A DNA stretch of 63,748 bases, filler included. It is 16 parts of 16 records of this genome, joined end to end, with 100 filler letters (N's around TTAATTAATTAA, not from the genome) between each part and the next. Parts side by side here need not be neighbours in the genome. Positions count along the whole stretch, not along the records: positions 11,406 to 14,545 come from SRR11831580_2825; positions 14,646 to 18,379 come from SRR11831580_2831; positions 18,480 to 21,368 come from SRR11831580_2832; positions 21,469 to 24,017 come from SRR11831580_2840; positions 24,118 to 26,840 come from SRR11831580_2842; 11 more parts are not named here. One strand, written 5' to 3'. Made by a program: the position numbers and the translations under genes. The notes below the pieces were generated by a model, which worked only from the letters and a program-made list of their open reading frames with translations, was not told the DNA's origin and did no database searches. This document shows positions 12,681-24,198 of this stretch, piece after piece; position 1 is the first letter of the stretch; the number at the start of each line of letters is the position of its first letter.

Positions 12681-14390
12681 TTATTTCAGCGGCGAGTTTT
12701 TACGCTCAATGCTGTAACGCTCGAGTTCTTTGTACGGCACCACTTTGCTCTTCTTCTTACGCACATCGACCACGGTCATGCGGTCGGTACAGGAGTAGCA
12801 AGGGTCGAGGCTACCGATAATCAGCGGCGCATCGGAAACGGTGTTGCCGCGCAGCATGTAGCGCAGGGTCGGCCAGTTCGCGTAGGTCGCGGCACGGCAG
12901 CGCCAGCGGTACAGCTTCTGGTTGTCGCCGGTCATGCTCCAGTGGATATCATCGCCGCGCGGCGCTTCGGCAAAGCCCAGCGCAAAGCGGTGCGGAATGT
13001 AGGTAAAGCCTTCCACCATCAGTGGGCCACCCGGCAGGTTATCCAGACCGTAGTCGATCATGTTCAGCGCGGTATAGACTTCGTTGATACGCACTTTCAG
13101 ACGGGAAATAACGTCGCAGCCCTGCTCGCTGTGGACTTCCATTGGCAGCAGGCCATAGCCGACAAACGGGTGATCGGCGCGGGTATCACGGGCGTGACCG
13201 CTGGCACGGACCATCGGGCCGACGTTACTGAAGTCGCGAGCGATTTCCGGGTCCAGACGACCAATGCCGACAGTGCGCTGTTCCATGTTCGGAGTGCTCA
13301 GCAGCACATCCACCAGCTCCTGCACTTCACGACGCATCTGTTGTGCCAGCTGGCGGGTCTGGATCATGTCGTCTTTCAGCAGATCGCGACGAATCCCGCC
13401 GATCAAGTTCAGGCCGTAGGTTTTACGCGCACCGGTAAGGATCTCTGCCATTTTCATGGAGGTTTCACGCACGCGGAAGAACTGCATAAAGCCGGAGTCG
13501 AAGCCGGTAAAGTGACAGGCCAGGCCAAGGTTGAGCAGATGCGAGTGCAAGCGTTCTACCTCCAGCAGAATGGCGCGGATCATCTGCGCACGTTCTGGCA
13601 CCTGAATACCCATCGCGTTTTCCACCGACGTGGTGTAGGCGGTGCTGTGGGCAAAGCCGCAGATCCCGCACACACGGTCAGAGAGGAAGGTCACTTCGTT
13701 ATAACCCATACGGGTTTCCGCCAGTTTTTCCATGCCGCGATGGACGTAGAACAGACGGTAGTCGGCGTCGATAATGTTTTCGCCATCGACGAACAGACGG
13801 AAGTGGCCCGGTTCATCAGAAGTGACGTGCAGCGGACCAATCGGCACGACGTTGTTTTTCTTGTCGCCCAGTTCGTTGATGAACTCGTAGGTTTCAGCAT
13901 CGGTGGTCGGTGCCGGACGCTGACGATAATCCATGCTGTCTTTACGCAGCGGATAAAGTTCATCCGGCCAGTCATCCGGCAGCACCAGACGACGTTCATC
14001 CGGCAGACCAACCGGAATCAAACCGTACATATCGCGCACTTCACGCTCGCCCCACACCGCCGCCGGAACGCGCGGCGTCACGGACGGATATTCCGGTTTG
14101 TTGGCGTCAACTTCGACGCGAACCGTAATCCAACACTTAGTGCCCTTCTCCATCGACAGCACGTAGTAAACGGCGTAATGACCATTCAGTTTGCGTTCGT
14201 CGTTACCAAACAGCACCGACAGCCAGCCACCCTGTTTGTAGTAAAGAAACTCCACCACTTCCGGCAGGTAGTTCACCTTTACGGTGACAGTCAGCTGATC
14301 TTTGGTCTGCCAGGCGTGGTCCAGCACGACGCCCGGAAATGCCTCATTCAGCGCGGCGAGATAATGTTGACCTAATTTTTCTTCAGACAT
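12681..14390 (-). CDS. hycE: Hydrogenase-3 large [NiFe] subunit HycE
   Basis: MSEEKLGQHY..., RVCGIC and DPCYSC Ni-binding motifs; 569 aa from ATG 14390. Confidence 0.97.
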   Translation of the reverse strand: MSEEKLGQHYLAALNEAFPGVVLDHAWQTKDQLTVTVKVNYLPEVVEFLYYKQGGWLSVLFGNDERKLNGHYAVYYVLSMEKGTKCWITVRVEVDANKPEYPSVTPRVPAAVWGEREVRDMYGLIPVGLPDERRLVLPDDWPDELYPLRKDSMDYRQRPAPTTDAETYEFINELGDKKNNVVPIGPLHVTSDEPGHFRLFVDGENIIDADYRLFYVHRGMEKLAETRMGYNEVTFLSDRVCGICGFAHSTAYTTSVENAMGIQVPERAQMIRAILLEVERLHSHLLNLGLACHFTGFDSGFMQFFRVRETSMKMAEILTGARKTYGLNLIGGIRRDLLKDDMIQTRQLAQQMRREVQELVDVLLSTPNMEQRTVGIGRLDPEIARDFSNVGPMVRASGHARDTRADHPFVGYGLLPMEVHSEQGCDVISRLKVRINEVYTALNMIDYGLDNLPGGPLMVEGFTYIPHRFALGFAEAPRGDDIHWSMTGDNQKLYRWRCRAATYANWPTLRYMLRGNTVSDAPLIIGSLDPCYSCTDRMTVVDVRKKKSKVVPYKELERYSIERKNSPLK

Positions 14391-14407
14391 GCTCAAACTC
14401 TCTTTAA

Positions 14408-14545
14408 TCACGCCGCCAGCAAGGAGACGAACGCTAAAAATGCAAAGCCAAACCCAGCCCAGGTAATGCGCGGAGTAATATCAAGACGCAGACGGGCCAT
14501 GCTGTTTTCGAACAGCGCGATAACCAGGACGCCGACCACCAGTTT
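14408..14545 (-). CDS. hycD: HycD membrane subunit, C-terminal fragment
   Basis: Hand translation ...ALFENSMARLRLDITPRITWAGFGFAFLAFVSLLAA*; position upstream of hycE. Confidence 0.9.
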   Translation of the reverse strand, partial: KLVVGVLVIALFENSMARLRLDITPRITWAGFGFAFLAFVSLLAA

Positions 14546-14645
14546 NNNNNNNNNNNNNNNNNNNNNNNNNNNNNNNNNNNNNNNNNNNNTTAATTAATTA
14601 ANNNNNNNNNNNNNNNNNNNNNNNNNNNNNNNNNNNNNNNNNNNN

Positions 14646-15274
14646 TGTTTACTCAGAAAACGTGCCTGCTCCGGTGTGTCATCAAGCCAAAAGAATGTGA
14701 ATACCCCAGCACCGACTGCCAACAATCCTTCAATCACAAACATCCAGAACCAGCCGGGATGCCCCATAAATCCATGCATCTCCAACAGCGCGCCGGAAAG
14801 CGGTGATCCCAGTGTTAACGCCAGCGGTGCGCCCATATAGAACAGCCCCATAATGCTGGCGCGATTACGCTGCGGAAACCATTGCGAGGTGAGATAAATC
14901 ATACCAGGGAAAAATCCGGCCTCCGCAGCACGAAGCAGAGTGCGAACTATCAGAAATTTCGCTTCAGTATCGGCCCATGCCATGGCTGCCGAAAGAAATC
15001 CCCACAGCAGTGTTGTCGTACCAATCCAGGTTCTGGCCCCCAGTTTGCGCATCAAAAGATTCGCCGGAACACCCAGAAACGCATATACCACAAAGAAAAT
15101 GCCTGCTCCCAGCGCATAAGCTTCATTACTCAACCCGGTATCAATCTGGTAGGTCTGTTTGGCAAAACCGATATTCGAACGGTCGAGAAACGCCAGCACA
15201 TACAGCGCCAACATAAACGGAATTAAACGCACACGGTTTTTCTTCACCACGGCGTCAAGCAAAGCGGTGCTCAT
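14646..15274 (-). CDS. rhmT: MFS (ACS-family) L-rhamnonate transporter RhmT/YfaV, 3'-truncated
   Basis: MSTALLDAVVKK..., AFLDRSNIG, EAGFFPG, WFWMFVIEG. Confidence 0.92.
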
Positions 15275-15330
15275 AAAAAGCTCCTTAGAATATGTGGGCG
15301 TTACCGTTGTCACAGCAACGCCCGGAGTGA

Positions 15331-16536
15331 TTAGTGGCTGTAGGGGCGTTTCAAATTGCAGTCACGATTGAGTTCGACGCCAAAACCGGGTTTATCAAGC
15401 ACTGATTTATGAATACGACCATTCACCGGAACCGGCTCATTGAGCAGAATCGGGTCAAACTGCGGACGCATCGTTGAACAATCCGGGCTGGTCATCAGGA
15501 ATTCGCTGAATGGCGTATTGGTGAAGGTGATCACCGCATGGTGAGAGTAAACAGACGAACCGTGCGGCACCACCAGTTGCCCCCTGGATTTGGCGATTGC
15601 GGCAATTTCCACCAGCGTGGTTAAACCACCGCACCAGCCAACATCCGGCTGCATAATGTCGATACCGGTTTCTGAAAGCGTACGAAAAGATTGCAGTGTG
15701 CCGTGGTGCTCACCGCTGGTGACCATCATTCCGACTGGCGCGTTGCGTTTCAGTTCGCGATAACTTTCATACTGCTGTGGCGGCAGGCACTCTTCGATCC
15801 ATTTCAGGTTATAGGGCGCGCAAGCGTGGGCCAGTTTGGTCGCATAGTTCACGTCCTGACTCATCCAGCAGTCGAGCATTAACCAGAAATCCTCACCGCA
15901 TTTTTCACGCATATCCGCGACCATAGCGGCATCTTTGCGGATCCCCGCATCGCCATCATGTGGCCCCCAGTGCGTCGGCATTTTGCCACCGATAAAGCCC
16001 ATCTCTTTTGCCAGATCCGGACGCGCACCTGTGGCGTAGAACTGAATCTCATCACGAACAGCGCCGCCTAAAAGTTTATAAACCGGAAGCCCGACCACTT
16101 TGCCGAACAGATCCCACAGAGCCAGATCGACACAAGAAATCGTATTCATCACCAGGCCACCAGAGCCGGAGTAATACAGGGTGGCACTGAGCATTTGATC
16201 GTGGATCAGTTTGATATCACTGACACATTTACCCTCAATGAAACGGTTAAGATGTTTTTCGACAATAAAACAGCCCATTTCACCGGCTGTCGAAACGGCG
16301 AATCCGGTCTGGCCGTTTTCTGCTTCGACTTCAACAACCAACGTGCCAAGAACGTTAATGCCAAATGACTGGCGTGACTGCTCGTAATCGCGGTATTTAC
16401 TCATCGGGGTGGCAATATGATCGTCTATCCAGTGATTCGCCCCCTGGTCGTGATAATCACCGCCGCCAGCGCCTTTTTCTGCTGTCGCACCGCCAGTAAA
16501 CCAGGCGCGAACCTGTTTAATTTTTGGTAGGGTCAT
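15331..16536 (-). CDS. rhmD: L-rhamnonate dehydratase (enolase superfamily)
   Basis: [12 protein letters not shown]..., MLDCW, WIEE, GEH, QPD motifs; alternative start at 16548. Confidence 0.93.
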
Positions 16537-16550
16537 GATGTTCTCCATTG

Positions 16551-17333
16551 TTATGAGGCTTGTAAGTCAAAGGGACTTTTCCATCCCAACAGACGTGAAA
16601 TATCCCTGGCGCAGGCAATGGCCTTGCCCGCCAGATAATCACGGTATTCTTCATTGATTTGTAAGCGGGTACCGACCACCGAGATCGCAGCGGTAAGCTC
16701 GTTATTGGCGTTAAACACCGGCGCAGCGACACAACGGACATCGGCGTAATCTTCGCCGTTGTCATAGCTCCAGCCCTGACGGCGAATACGCGCCAGTTCT
16801 TCGTGAAGTTGCTGTGGATGAGTAATCGTTGTGGGTGTCGCCTGCTCCCAGACCAGCCCTTCGATAATACTTTGCTGTACCGCTGCAGGTTGCCAGGCAA
16901 GCAGGCATTTACCTATTCCGGAGCGATAAAGCGAAAGGCTTTTTCCTTCATGGGAACGCACGCTGATAGTGGCTGATGACTCCACTTTCAAAATGTAATA
17001 AGCGCTGCCGTTATCAATAATCCCCAGGTGACATAACAGCCCGGTGGTATCCATCAGTTGCGTCAAACGCGGTCGAGCCAGTTCCCGGAGATCCATCTTG
17101 CTTAACGCATGACCGGAAAGCTCCACCAGCCTGGTCCACAAACAAAAATTTTCCTGGTGATCAAGGCTAAGAAAACGCTGACGCCTGAGTTCATTAAGCA
17201 GCAAATAGGCCGTGCTTTTAGGGATTCCCAATGTGTCAATGATCGTCGCAGCACTACAGGGGCCAATGCGGGCAATCAAATTGAGAATATCAATAGCCCG
17301 TGTCAGGGCGGGAACTTTGCTTGATTCCAACAT
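16551..17333 (-). CDS. rhmR: IclR-family regulator RhmR/YfaX
   Basis: HTH ([11 protein letters not shown]) plus IclR C-domain ([20 protein letters not shown]). Confidence 0.92.
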
Positions 17334-17386
17334 ACTGGACTCCAGTCTTAGATACTGGAATCAGTCTCGTTGCTCAGGGGGAGTAA

Positions 17387-17467
17387 AATTGTGAAGCGCA
17401 TCAAATCCCGCTCCTCGTCCAGCAGACTGGAGAAATTACGCACAAATTTGTGAATCAGCGCACGGAT
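17387..17467. promoter_or_regulatory. Two candidate CRP sites upstream of the rhmRDT operon
   Basis: TGTGA-agcgca-TCAAA (17390-17405) and TGTGA-atcagc-GCACG (17449-17464). Confidence 0.55.
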
Positions 17468-17552
17468 TTTTTCTTATTGAGTACAACAGGTTGGACAAAT
17501 TTTGCCGGAGGGGGAATGTGCCGGTGCAGTAAACCGGCACAGAGTGGCGGAA

Positions 17553-18379
17553 TCAGACAGATAAGGTCATGGACTCAACAACCTCAATCCAGCCATGCTC
17601 ACTGGCGATATCCTGGCCGTTTAACCAACGGCGCAGCATATTCAGTGCCATCATTGCGCACACTTCCTGACGGATAGCCAGGCTGTAGCGCGTAGTGCTG
17701 AAACGCACACGCAGAGCGAAAGTGCCGTCTGGCGTGGCTAGCGCAAAGTTGAGATGCTCGTTCTCGAAACCCGAAACAGCCAGTGCCAGCCCGGCAAAAT
17801 GGTTGGCCCGCCGTTCTGTAATCCAGTGCGCAGTTTGCGCCAGGGTTTCCTCCTGTGAAGGAACCACTTCACACGCCAGCAATGGAGCACCTGCGCGAGA
17901 AAGTTGCAAAGCCAATAAACCACCGGTGAATTGCTCGCTCAACGTCAGGCTGAACTGGCGGTTTTGCAATTCGCGACTGATCTGCGCGGGCAGTCCTTCA
18001 GTGCCTTCGAAAATCACGCTCTGTCCGGCAACACGTTTAACATCCAGCCACAGTTTTTCCATCGCCTGTTGCTCGCTTGCCGGTCCGGTGAGTTTCAGTT
18101 CGATGATAGGCATTGAGGAGCGATAGCCCATTGTTACGCCCGGCGGCAGTTGTAGAGTGTCCAGGCTTTGTGCCAGATCGCTTTCCGAACGACCAAAAGT
18201 AGTCAAACGCAGACAAACCGGCGGCTGCGGTAAAGAAAAACGCTCGCGCAGGCGCGGCAGGATTTCGTGCTCGACCATCACCTTAAATTCTGACGGTACG
18301 CCGGGAGTAAAGAACATCAGGCAACGATTAAGCTGCACGGCAAAACCACAGGCGGTGCCTACCGGGTTATTGATAAATT
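17553..18379 (-). CDS. yfaY: CinA-like protein YfaY, 5'-truncated
   Basis: GTACGF, FFTPGVPSEF, EQFTGGLL; position upstream of yfaX. Confidence 0.9.
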
Positions 18380-18479
18380 NNNNNNNNNNNNNNNNNNNNN
18401 NNNNNNNNNNNNNNNNNNNNNNNTTAATTAATTAANNNNNNNNNNNNNNNNNNNNNNNNNNNNNNNNNNNNNNNNNNNN

Positions 18480-19194
18480 AAGTGAACACCGCATCCATAA
18501 CCCGTTCACCGAAGAGAAGTACGCCACGCTGGGTCGCGTGCTGCGCATGAAGCCGGGCACCCGCATTCTTGACCTCGGCAGCGGCTCGGGCGAGATGCTC
18601 TGCACCTGGGCCAGGGATCATGGCATTACGGGGACTGGCATCGACATGAGTTCGCTCTTCACCGCGCAGGCAAAGCGTCGCGCGGAAGAACTCGGCGTCA
18701 GCGAACGCGTACATTTTATTCATAACGATGCGGCCGGTTACGTCGCAAATGAAAAATGTGACGTGGCGGCCTGCGTCGGCGCGACATGGATTGCCGGTGG
18801 GTTTGCCGGGGCGGAGGAGCTGCTAGCGCAAAGCCTGAAACCGGGCGGGATCATGCTTATCGGCGAACCCTACTGGCGTCAGCTACCAGCAACAGAAGAA
18901 ATAGCCCAGGCCTGCGGCGTCAGCTCGACAAGCGATTTCCTGACGCTGCCAGGACTTGTCGGAGCGTTCGACGATCTCGGCTATGACGTGGTGGAAATGG
19001 TACTGGCAGACCAGGAAGGCTGGGACCGGTATGAAGCCGCAAAATGGCTGACCATGCGCCGCTGGCTGGAAGCGAATCCTGACGATGACTTCGCCGCCGA
19101 AGTCAGGGCCGAACTAAACATCGCGCCGAAACGCTACGTGACCTACGCGCGGGAATGCTTTGGCTGGGGCGTGTTCGCACTCATCGCCCGGTAA
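18480..19194 (+). CDS. yjhP: SAM-dependent methyltransferase YjhP, 5'-truncated
   Basis: SEHRIHNPFT..., ILDLGSGSGE SAM motif; sgc neighbourhood. Confidence 0.9.
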
Positions 19195-19320
19195 CAACAG
19201 GTTCCCGGTATTTCTGGCTGGAAATATCGAGGCTTTACCTTTGCTTTGATCTGATGTATCACCTGCACAATACATATTCAGTATGTTTATTAATCAAGAT
19301 GTCACCATAAGGAGCATCAT

Positions 19321-19581
19321 ATGTCACAACATGAACAGTTCTGTCAGGCTTGCGGAATGCCGATGTCGGCACCAGATGCACACAGTGCCAGTGATCAATA
19401 TTGTGCGTAATGCAGCGACAGCAACGGCAATCTCAAACCCTGGGAAGAAGCGGTATCAGGTTTAGCCAGCTTCCTTGATTCCTGGCAAAAAGTCGGCCCG
19501 GAGGAAGCACATAAGCGTGCAAAACGTTATCTGACGGCAATGCCAGCCTGGGCTCATAAAGCGGAGAGTGATTTGAGCTGA
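19321..19581 (+). pseudogene. yjhY: Zinc-ribbon protein pseudogene (yjhY) with in-frame TAA at 19408-19410
   Basis: RBS AAGGAG; MSQHEQFCQACGMPM...DQYCA*CSDSNG...AMPAW; stop falls inside the second Cys pair. Confidence 0.8.
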
Positions 19582-19618
19582 TTATCTATACTCCCTCTGA
19601 ATCTATTCAGGAGATCCG

Positions 19619-19756
19619 ATGTTTTCTTACATTATGCTGGGAACCAACGACCTGCCACGCGCCATTACATTCTAAGATCCGCTGATGGAGATGCTGGGGT
19701 ATCCACGTGCAGGACGTAATGAAGAGGGAGCGTCCTGCAACAAAGTGGTGCTATAA
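19619..19756 (+). pseudogene. VOC/glyoxalase-family gene remnant (internal TAA, truncated)
   Basis: RBS CAGGAG; MFSYIMLGTNDLPRAITF*DPLMEMLGYPR fits the VOC N-terminal pattern (xxLGxxDLxRAxxFYDxLxxxLG). Confidence 0.6.
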
Positions 19757-19892
19757 CAGTTACCGCGTTTTATTCATCCTCATTATTTCAACCATAATCA
19801 CTGGTCTCTCCAGCCCGTAACTTTCACAAACGTTGAGCGCTTTTATTCCACTCGGCTCACATAATTTTTTATTTGTTCAGCTTTGCGCGTTT

Positions 19893-19914
19893 TCACGTGA
19901 ACGTTCTCACAATT
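19893..19914 (+). promoter_or_regulatory. Candidate CRP site upstream of sgcX
   Basis: CGTGA-acgttc-TCACA at 19896-19911. Confidence 0.55.
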
Positions 19915-19979
19915 ATTCGACCAGTCTGCGCCTATAAAACGCTCAACGAGTGATTGTTTTACGGTCTACGGAGATAGCT

Positions 19980-21101
19980 ATGTCATTTTCTGTGCAGGAA
20001 ACCCTGTTCTCGCTTTTGCAGCACAATGCGATTTCAGGACACGAAAACGCTGTCGCTGACGTCATGCTGTGCGAATTCAGGCGTCAGGCAAAAGAGGTCT
20101 GGCGAGACAGGCTTGGGAATGTCGTCGCGCGCTACGGTAGTGATAAACCCGATGCGCTGCGACTGATGATTTTTGCGCATATGGATGAAGTCGGTTTTAT
20201 GGTGCGCAAAATAGAGCCGTCTGGATTTTTACGCTTTGAACGCGTAGGCGGTCCTGCGCAGGTCACTATGGCTGGTTCCATCGTCACCCTCACCGGGGAC
20301 AAAGGGCCAGTCATGGGGTGTATCGGCATTAAGTCCTACCACTTTGCCAAAGGCGACGAGCGCACGCAGTCACCTTCTGTCGACAAACTGTGGATTGATA
20401 TTGGTGCCAAAGACAAAGACGACGCTATACGGATGGGCATTCAGGTCGGTACGCCTGTCACTCTGTATAACCCGCCGCAACTCCTGGCAAACGATCTGGT
20501 GTGCAGTAAAGCACTAGACGATCGTCTAGGCTGTACTGCCCTGCTCGGTGTAGCGGATGCTATCAGTACTATGGAGCTTGATATCGCCGTTTATCTGGTG
20601 GCTTCGGTACAGGAAGAATTTAATATCCGCGGCATTGTTCCCGTATTACGCCGTGTAAAACCTGACCTGGCGATTGGTATTGATATCACTCCATCGTGTG
20701 ACACCCCTGATTTACACGATTATTCCGAGGTCAGGATTAATCAGGGCGTTGGGATCACCTGCCTGAACTACCATGGTCGGGGAACGCTGGCCGGATTAAT
20801 CACGCCTCCTCGCCTGATACGGATGTTGGAACAAACGGCTCTTGAACACAACATTCCGGTGCAGCGAGAAGTGGCTCCCGGCGTGATAACAGAAACCGGT
20901 TATATCCAGGTTGAGCAGGATGGTATTCCCTGCGCCAGTCTCTCTATTCCTTGTCGCTATACCCATTCTCCGGCGGAGGTTGCCAGCCTGCGTGATTTGA
21001 CTGATTGCATCCGCCTATTGACCGCTCTGGCAGGTATGTCAGCAGCACATTTCCCCGTTGAGCCTGATTCAGGCACTACACAAGAGGCACATCCATTATG
21101 A
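19980..21101 (+). CDS. sgcX: M42-family aminopeptidase-like SgcX
   Basis: AHMDEVG, KALDDRLG, QEE, IPCRYTHSP; 373 aa from ATG 19980. Confidence 0.93.
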   Translation: MSFSVQETLFSLLQHNAISGHENAVADVMLCEFRRQAKEVWRDRLGNVVARYGSDKPDALRLMIFAHMDEVGFMVRKIEPSGFLRFERVGGPAQVTMAGSIVTLTGDKGPVMGCIGIKSYHFAKGDERTQSPSVDKLWIDIGAKDKDDAIRMGIQVGTPVTLYNPPQLLANDLVCSKALDDRLGCTALLGVADAISTMELDIAVYLVASVQEEFNIRGIVPVLRRVKPDLAIGIDITPSCDTPDLHDYSEVRINQGVGITCLNYHGRGTLAGLITPPRLIRMLEQTALEHNIPVQREVAPGVITETGYIQVEQDGIPCASLSIPCRYTHSPAEVASLRDLTDCIRLLTALAGMSAAHFPVEPDSGTTQEAHPL

Positions 21102-21342
21102 AAAAGATCCTTGTGGCATGCGGTACCGGCATGTCGACTTCAACCATGATTGCACACAAGCTGCAAGAGTTCCTGACTGAACAGGGCATTTCAGCCACTA
21201 CCGCCCAATGCTGTCTGAATGAGATCCCTCTTAACTGTAACGGTATGGACCTTATTGTAACCTCCATGCGAACCAACAGTGATTACGGCATCCCTACGCT
21301 TAATGGCGCCGCCCTGCTCACAGGGATCAACGACGACGCGTT
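21098..21342 (+). CDS. sgcB: PTS EIIB component SgcB, 3'-truncated by adaptor sequence
   Basis: MKKILVACGTGMSTS EIIB motif; diverges after INDDAL into adaptor. Confidence 0.92.
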
Positions 21343-21368
21343 AGTCGTGGGAGGCAAGGCACACAGGG
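21343..21368 (+). other. Untrimmed 454 (Rapid Library) adaptor B sequence
   Basis: AGTCGTGGGAGGCAAGGCACACAGGG at contig end; GGCAAGGCACACAGGG is the reverse complement of part of 454 primer B (CCTATCCCCTGTGTGCCTTG). Confidence 0.88.
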
Positions 21369-21472
21369 NNNNNNNNNNNNNNNNNNNNNNNNNNNNNNNN
21401 NNNNNNNNNNNNTTAATTAATTAANNNNNNNNNNNNNNNNNNNNNNNNNNNNNNNNNNNNNNNNNNNNGACT

Positions 21473-22109
<637 letters not shown>

Positions 22110-22136
22110 TTAGCACCACATATAAGGAGATCCTGC

Positions 22137-22688
22137 ATGTTGTTAGAACAGGGGTGGCTGGTTGGCGCGCGCCGCGTTCCCTCACCACATTACGATTGCC
22201 GCCCGGATGACGAAACACCCACCCTGCTGGTGGTGCACAATATTAGCCTGCCGCCAGGCGAGTTTGGCGGTCCGTGGATCGACGCATTATTCACTGGAAC
22301 TATTGATCCGCAGGCACATCCTTTCTTTGCTGAGATCGCCCATTTGCGCGTCTCCGCTCACTGTTTGATTCGCCGTGATGGTGAAATAGTCCAGTATGTT
22401 CCTTTCGATAAACGTGCATGGCATGCGGGAGTCTCTCAGTATCAGGGGCGCGAACGCTGCAATGATTTTTCTATTGGGATTGAGCTTGAAGGCACCGATA
22501 CGCTGGCGTATACCGATGCGCAGTATCAACAGCTTGCGGCGGTTACGCGGGCACTGATTGATTGCTATCCGGATATCGCTAAAAACATGACGGGCCATTG
22601 TGATATTGCGCCGGATCGGAAAACCGATCCCGGTCCTGCATTTGATTGGGCACGGTTTCGTGTGCTGGTCAGCAAGGAGACAACATGA
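22137..22688 (+). CDS. ampD: 1,6-anhydro-N-acetylmuramyl-L-alanine amidase
   Basis: [38 protein letters not shown]. Confidence 0.97.
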   Translation: MLLEQGWLVGARRVPSPHYDCRPDDETPTLLVVHNISLPPGEFGGPWIDALFTGTIDPQAHPFFAEIAHLRVSAHCLIRRDGEIVQYVPFDKRAWHAGVSQYQGRERCNDFSIGIELEGTDTLAYTDAQYQQLAAVTRALIDCYPDIAKNMTGHCDIAPDRKTDPGPAFDWARFRVLVSKETT

Positions 22689-23537
22689 CGCTATTTACAA
22701 CCTTACTGGTGTTAATTTTCGAGCGCCTGTTTAAGTTGGGCGAGCACTGGCAGCTTGATCATCGTCTTGAAGCGTTCTTTCGGCGGGTGAAACATTTTTC
22801 TCTCGGGCGCACGTTAGGCATGACCATTATTGCGATGGGCGTGACTTTTTTACTGTTACGCGCATTGCAGGGAGTATTGTTCAACGTTCCCACGCTACTG
22901 GTGTGGCTGCTGATTGGTTTGCTGTGTATTGGCGCAGGTAAAGTTCGTCTTCATTATCATGCTTATCTGACAGCTGCTTCACGTAATGATAGCCATGCCC
23001 GTGCCACGATGGCTGGCGAACTCACCATGATTCACGGCGTCCCGGCAGGCTGCGACGAACGTGAGTATTTGCGTGAGCTGCAAAATGCATTGCTGTGGAT
23101 TAACTTTCGTTTTATCTTGCACCGCTGTTCTGGCTGATTGTGGGGGAACCTGGGGACCCGTTACGCTGATGGGGTATGCGTTTTTGCGTGCATGGCAATA
23201 CTGGCTGGCGCGATATCAGACGCCGCATCATCGTTTACAGTCCGGCATTGATGCCGTGCTTCATGTACTGGATTGGGTGCCGGTTCGTCTTGCGGGTGTG
23301 GTATATGCCTTGATCGGTCATGGTGAGAAAGCGTTACCGGCCTGGTTTGCTTCGCTGGGTGATTTCCATACTTCGCAGTATCAGGTGTTAACGCGTCTGG
23401 CGCAGTTCTCTCTGGCGCGTGAACCGCATGTCGATAAGGTGGAGACGCCGAAGGCAGCGGTTTCAATGGCGAAGAAAACCTCGTTCGTGGTCGTGGTGGT
23501 GATTGCACTACTGACGATTTACGGGGCGTTGGTGTAA
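22685..23537 (+). CDS. ampE: AmpE membrane protein, broken by two homopolymer deletions (23110-23113, 23142-23146)
   Basis: [10 protein letters not shown]... and ...[10 protein letters not shown] in two frames; adding one T and one G restores [18 protein letters not shown] and 855 nt. Confidence 0.93.
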
Positions 23538-23545
23538 AGATTATT

Positions 23546-23570
23546 GCCCTCACCCTGTACGGGTGAGGGC
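23546..23570. terminator. GC-rich hairpin between convergent ampE and aroP
   Basis: GCCCTCACCC-tgtac-GGGTGAGGGC, perfect 10-bp stem. Confidence 0.65.
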
Positions 23571-23579
23571 GTAGAGAGA

Positions 23580-24017
23580 TTAATGCGCTTTTACGGCTTT
23601 GGCGGTTTTCTCTTTAAACAGATAGCCGATACCTAACACGATCAGCCATACCGGGATCAGGTATACCGAAATCGCCATTCCTGGGGTCATCAGCATAATC
23701 ACCAGTACCGCCGCCATAAACAGCAGGCAGATCCAGTTACCCAGCGGATAAAGCAGAGCAGGGAAGCGAGTTACCACGCCTTGTTCCTGCTTGGCGCGAC
23801 GGAATTTCATATGCGCCAGGCTAATCATCGCCCAGTTGATTACCAGTGCAGATACCACCAGCGCCATTAACAGTCCGAAAGCGGACTCTGGGGCAAGGTA
23901 GTTAATCAGTACGCACAACGCCGTTACCAGTGCAGACACCAGAATGGTATTTACTGGTACACCACGTTTATCGACAGACGCCAGCGCTTTTGGCGCATTA
24001 CCCTGTTGTGCCAGACC
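23580..24017 (-). CDS. aroP: Aromatic amino acid permease, C-terminal fragment
   Basis: ...VDKRGVPVNTILVSALVT...KEKTAKAVKAH*; convergent with ampE. Confidence 0.92.
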   Translation of the reverse strand, partial: GLAQQGNAPKALASVDKRGVPVNTILVSALVTALCVLINYLAPESAFGLLMALVVSALVINWAMISLAHMKFRRAKQEQGVVTRFPALLYPLGNWICLLFMAAVLVIMLMTPGMAISVYLIPVWLIVLGIGYLFKEKTAKAVKAH

Positions 24018-24198
24018 NNNNNNNNNNNNNNNNNNNNNNNNNNNNNNNNNNNNNNNNNNNNTTAATTAATTAANNNNNNNNNNNNNNNNNNNNNNNNNNN
24101 NNNNNNNNNNNNNNNNNGTCCATTAATAATGCATTTGCATTACCTTAGTTCAAGCTTATAATTTGAGCAGAAAACAGGCTGTAAAAGGACAGTGAATC

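Noticed and set aside
12942..14375. 477-aa plus-strand ORF antisense to hycE (also 59997-60875 and 58344-58988)
   Set aside because: Shadow ORFs opposite genuine genes, with no recognisable motifs
14930..14932. Arg in place of the usual Gly in the RhmT motif R.LLG..EAG
   Set aside because: I recall this residue as present in K-12 itself; it cannot be verified here and is not evidence of a new system
21343..21424. Extended SgcB C-terminus VVGGKAHR
   Set aside because: It is translated 454 adaptor followed by N spacer
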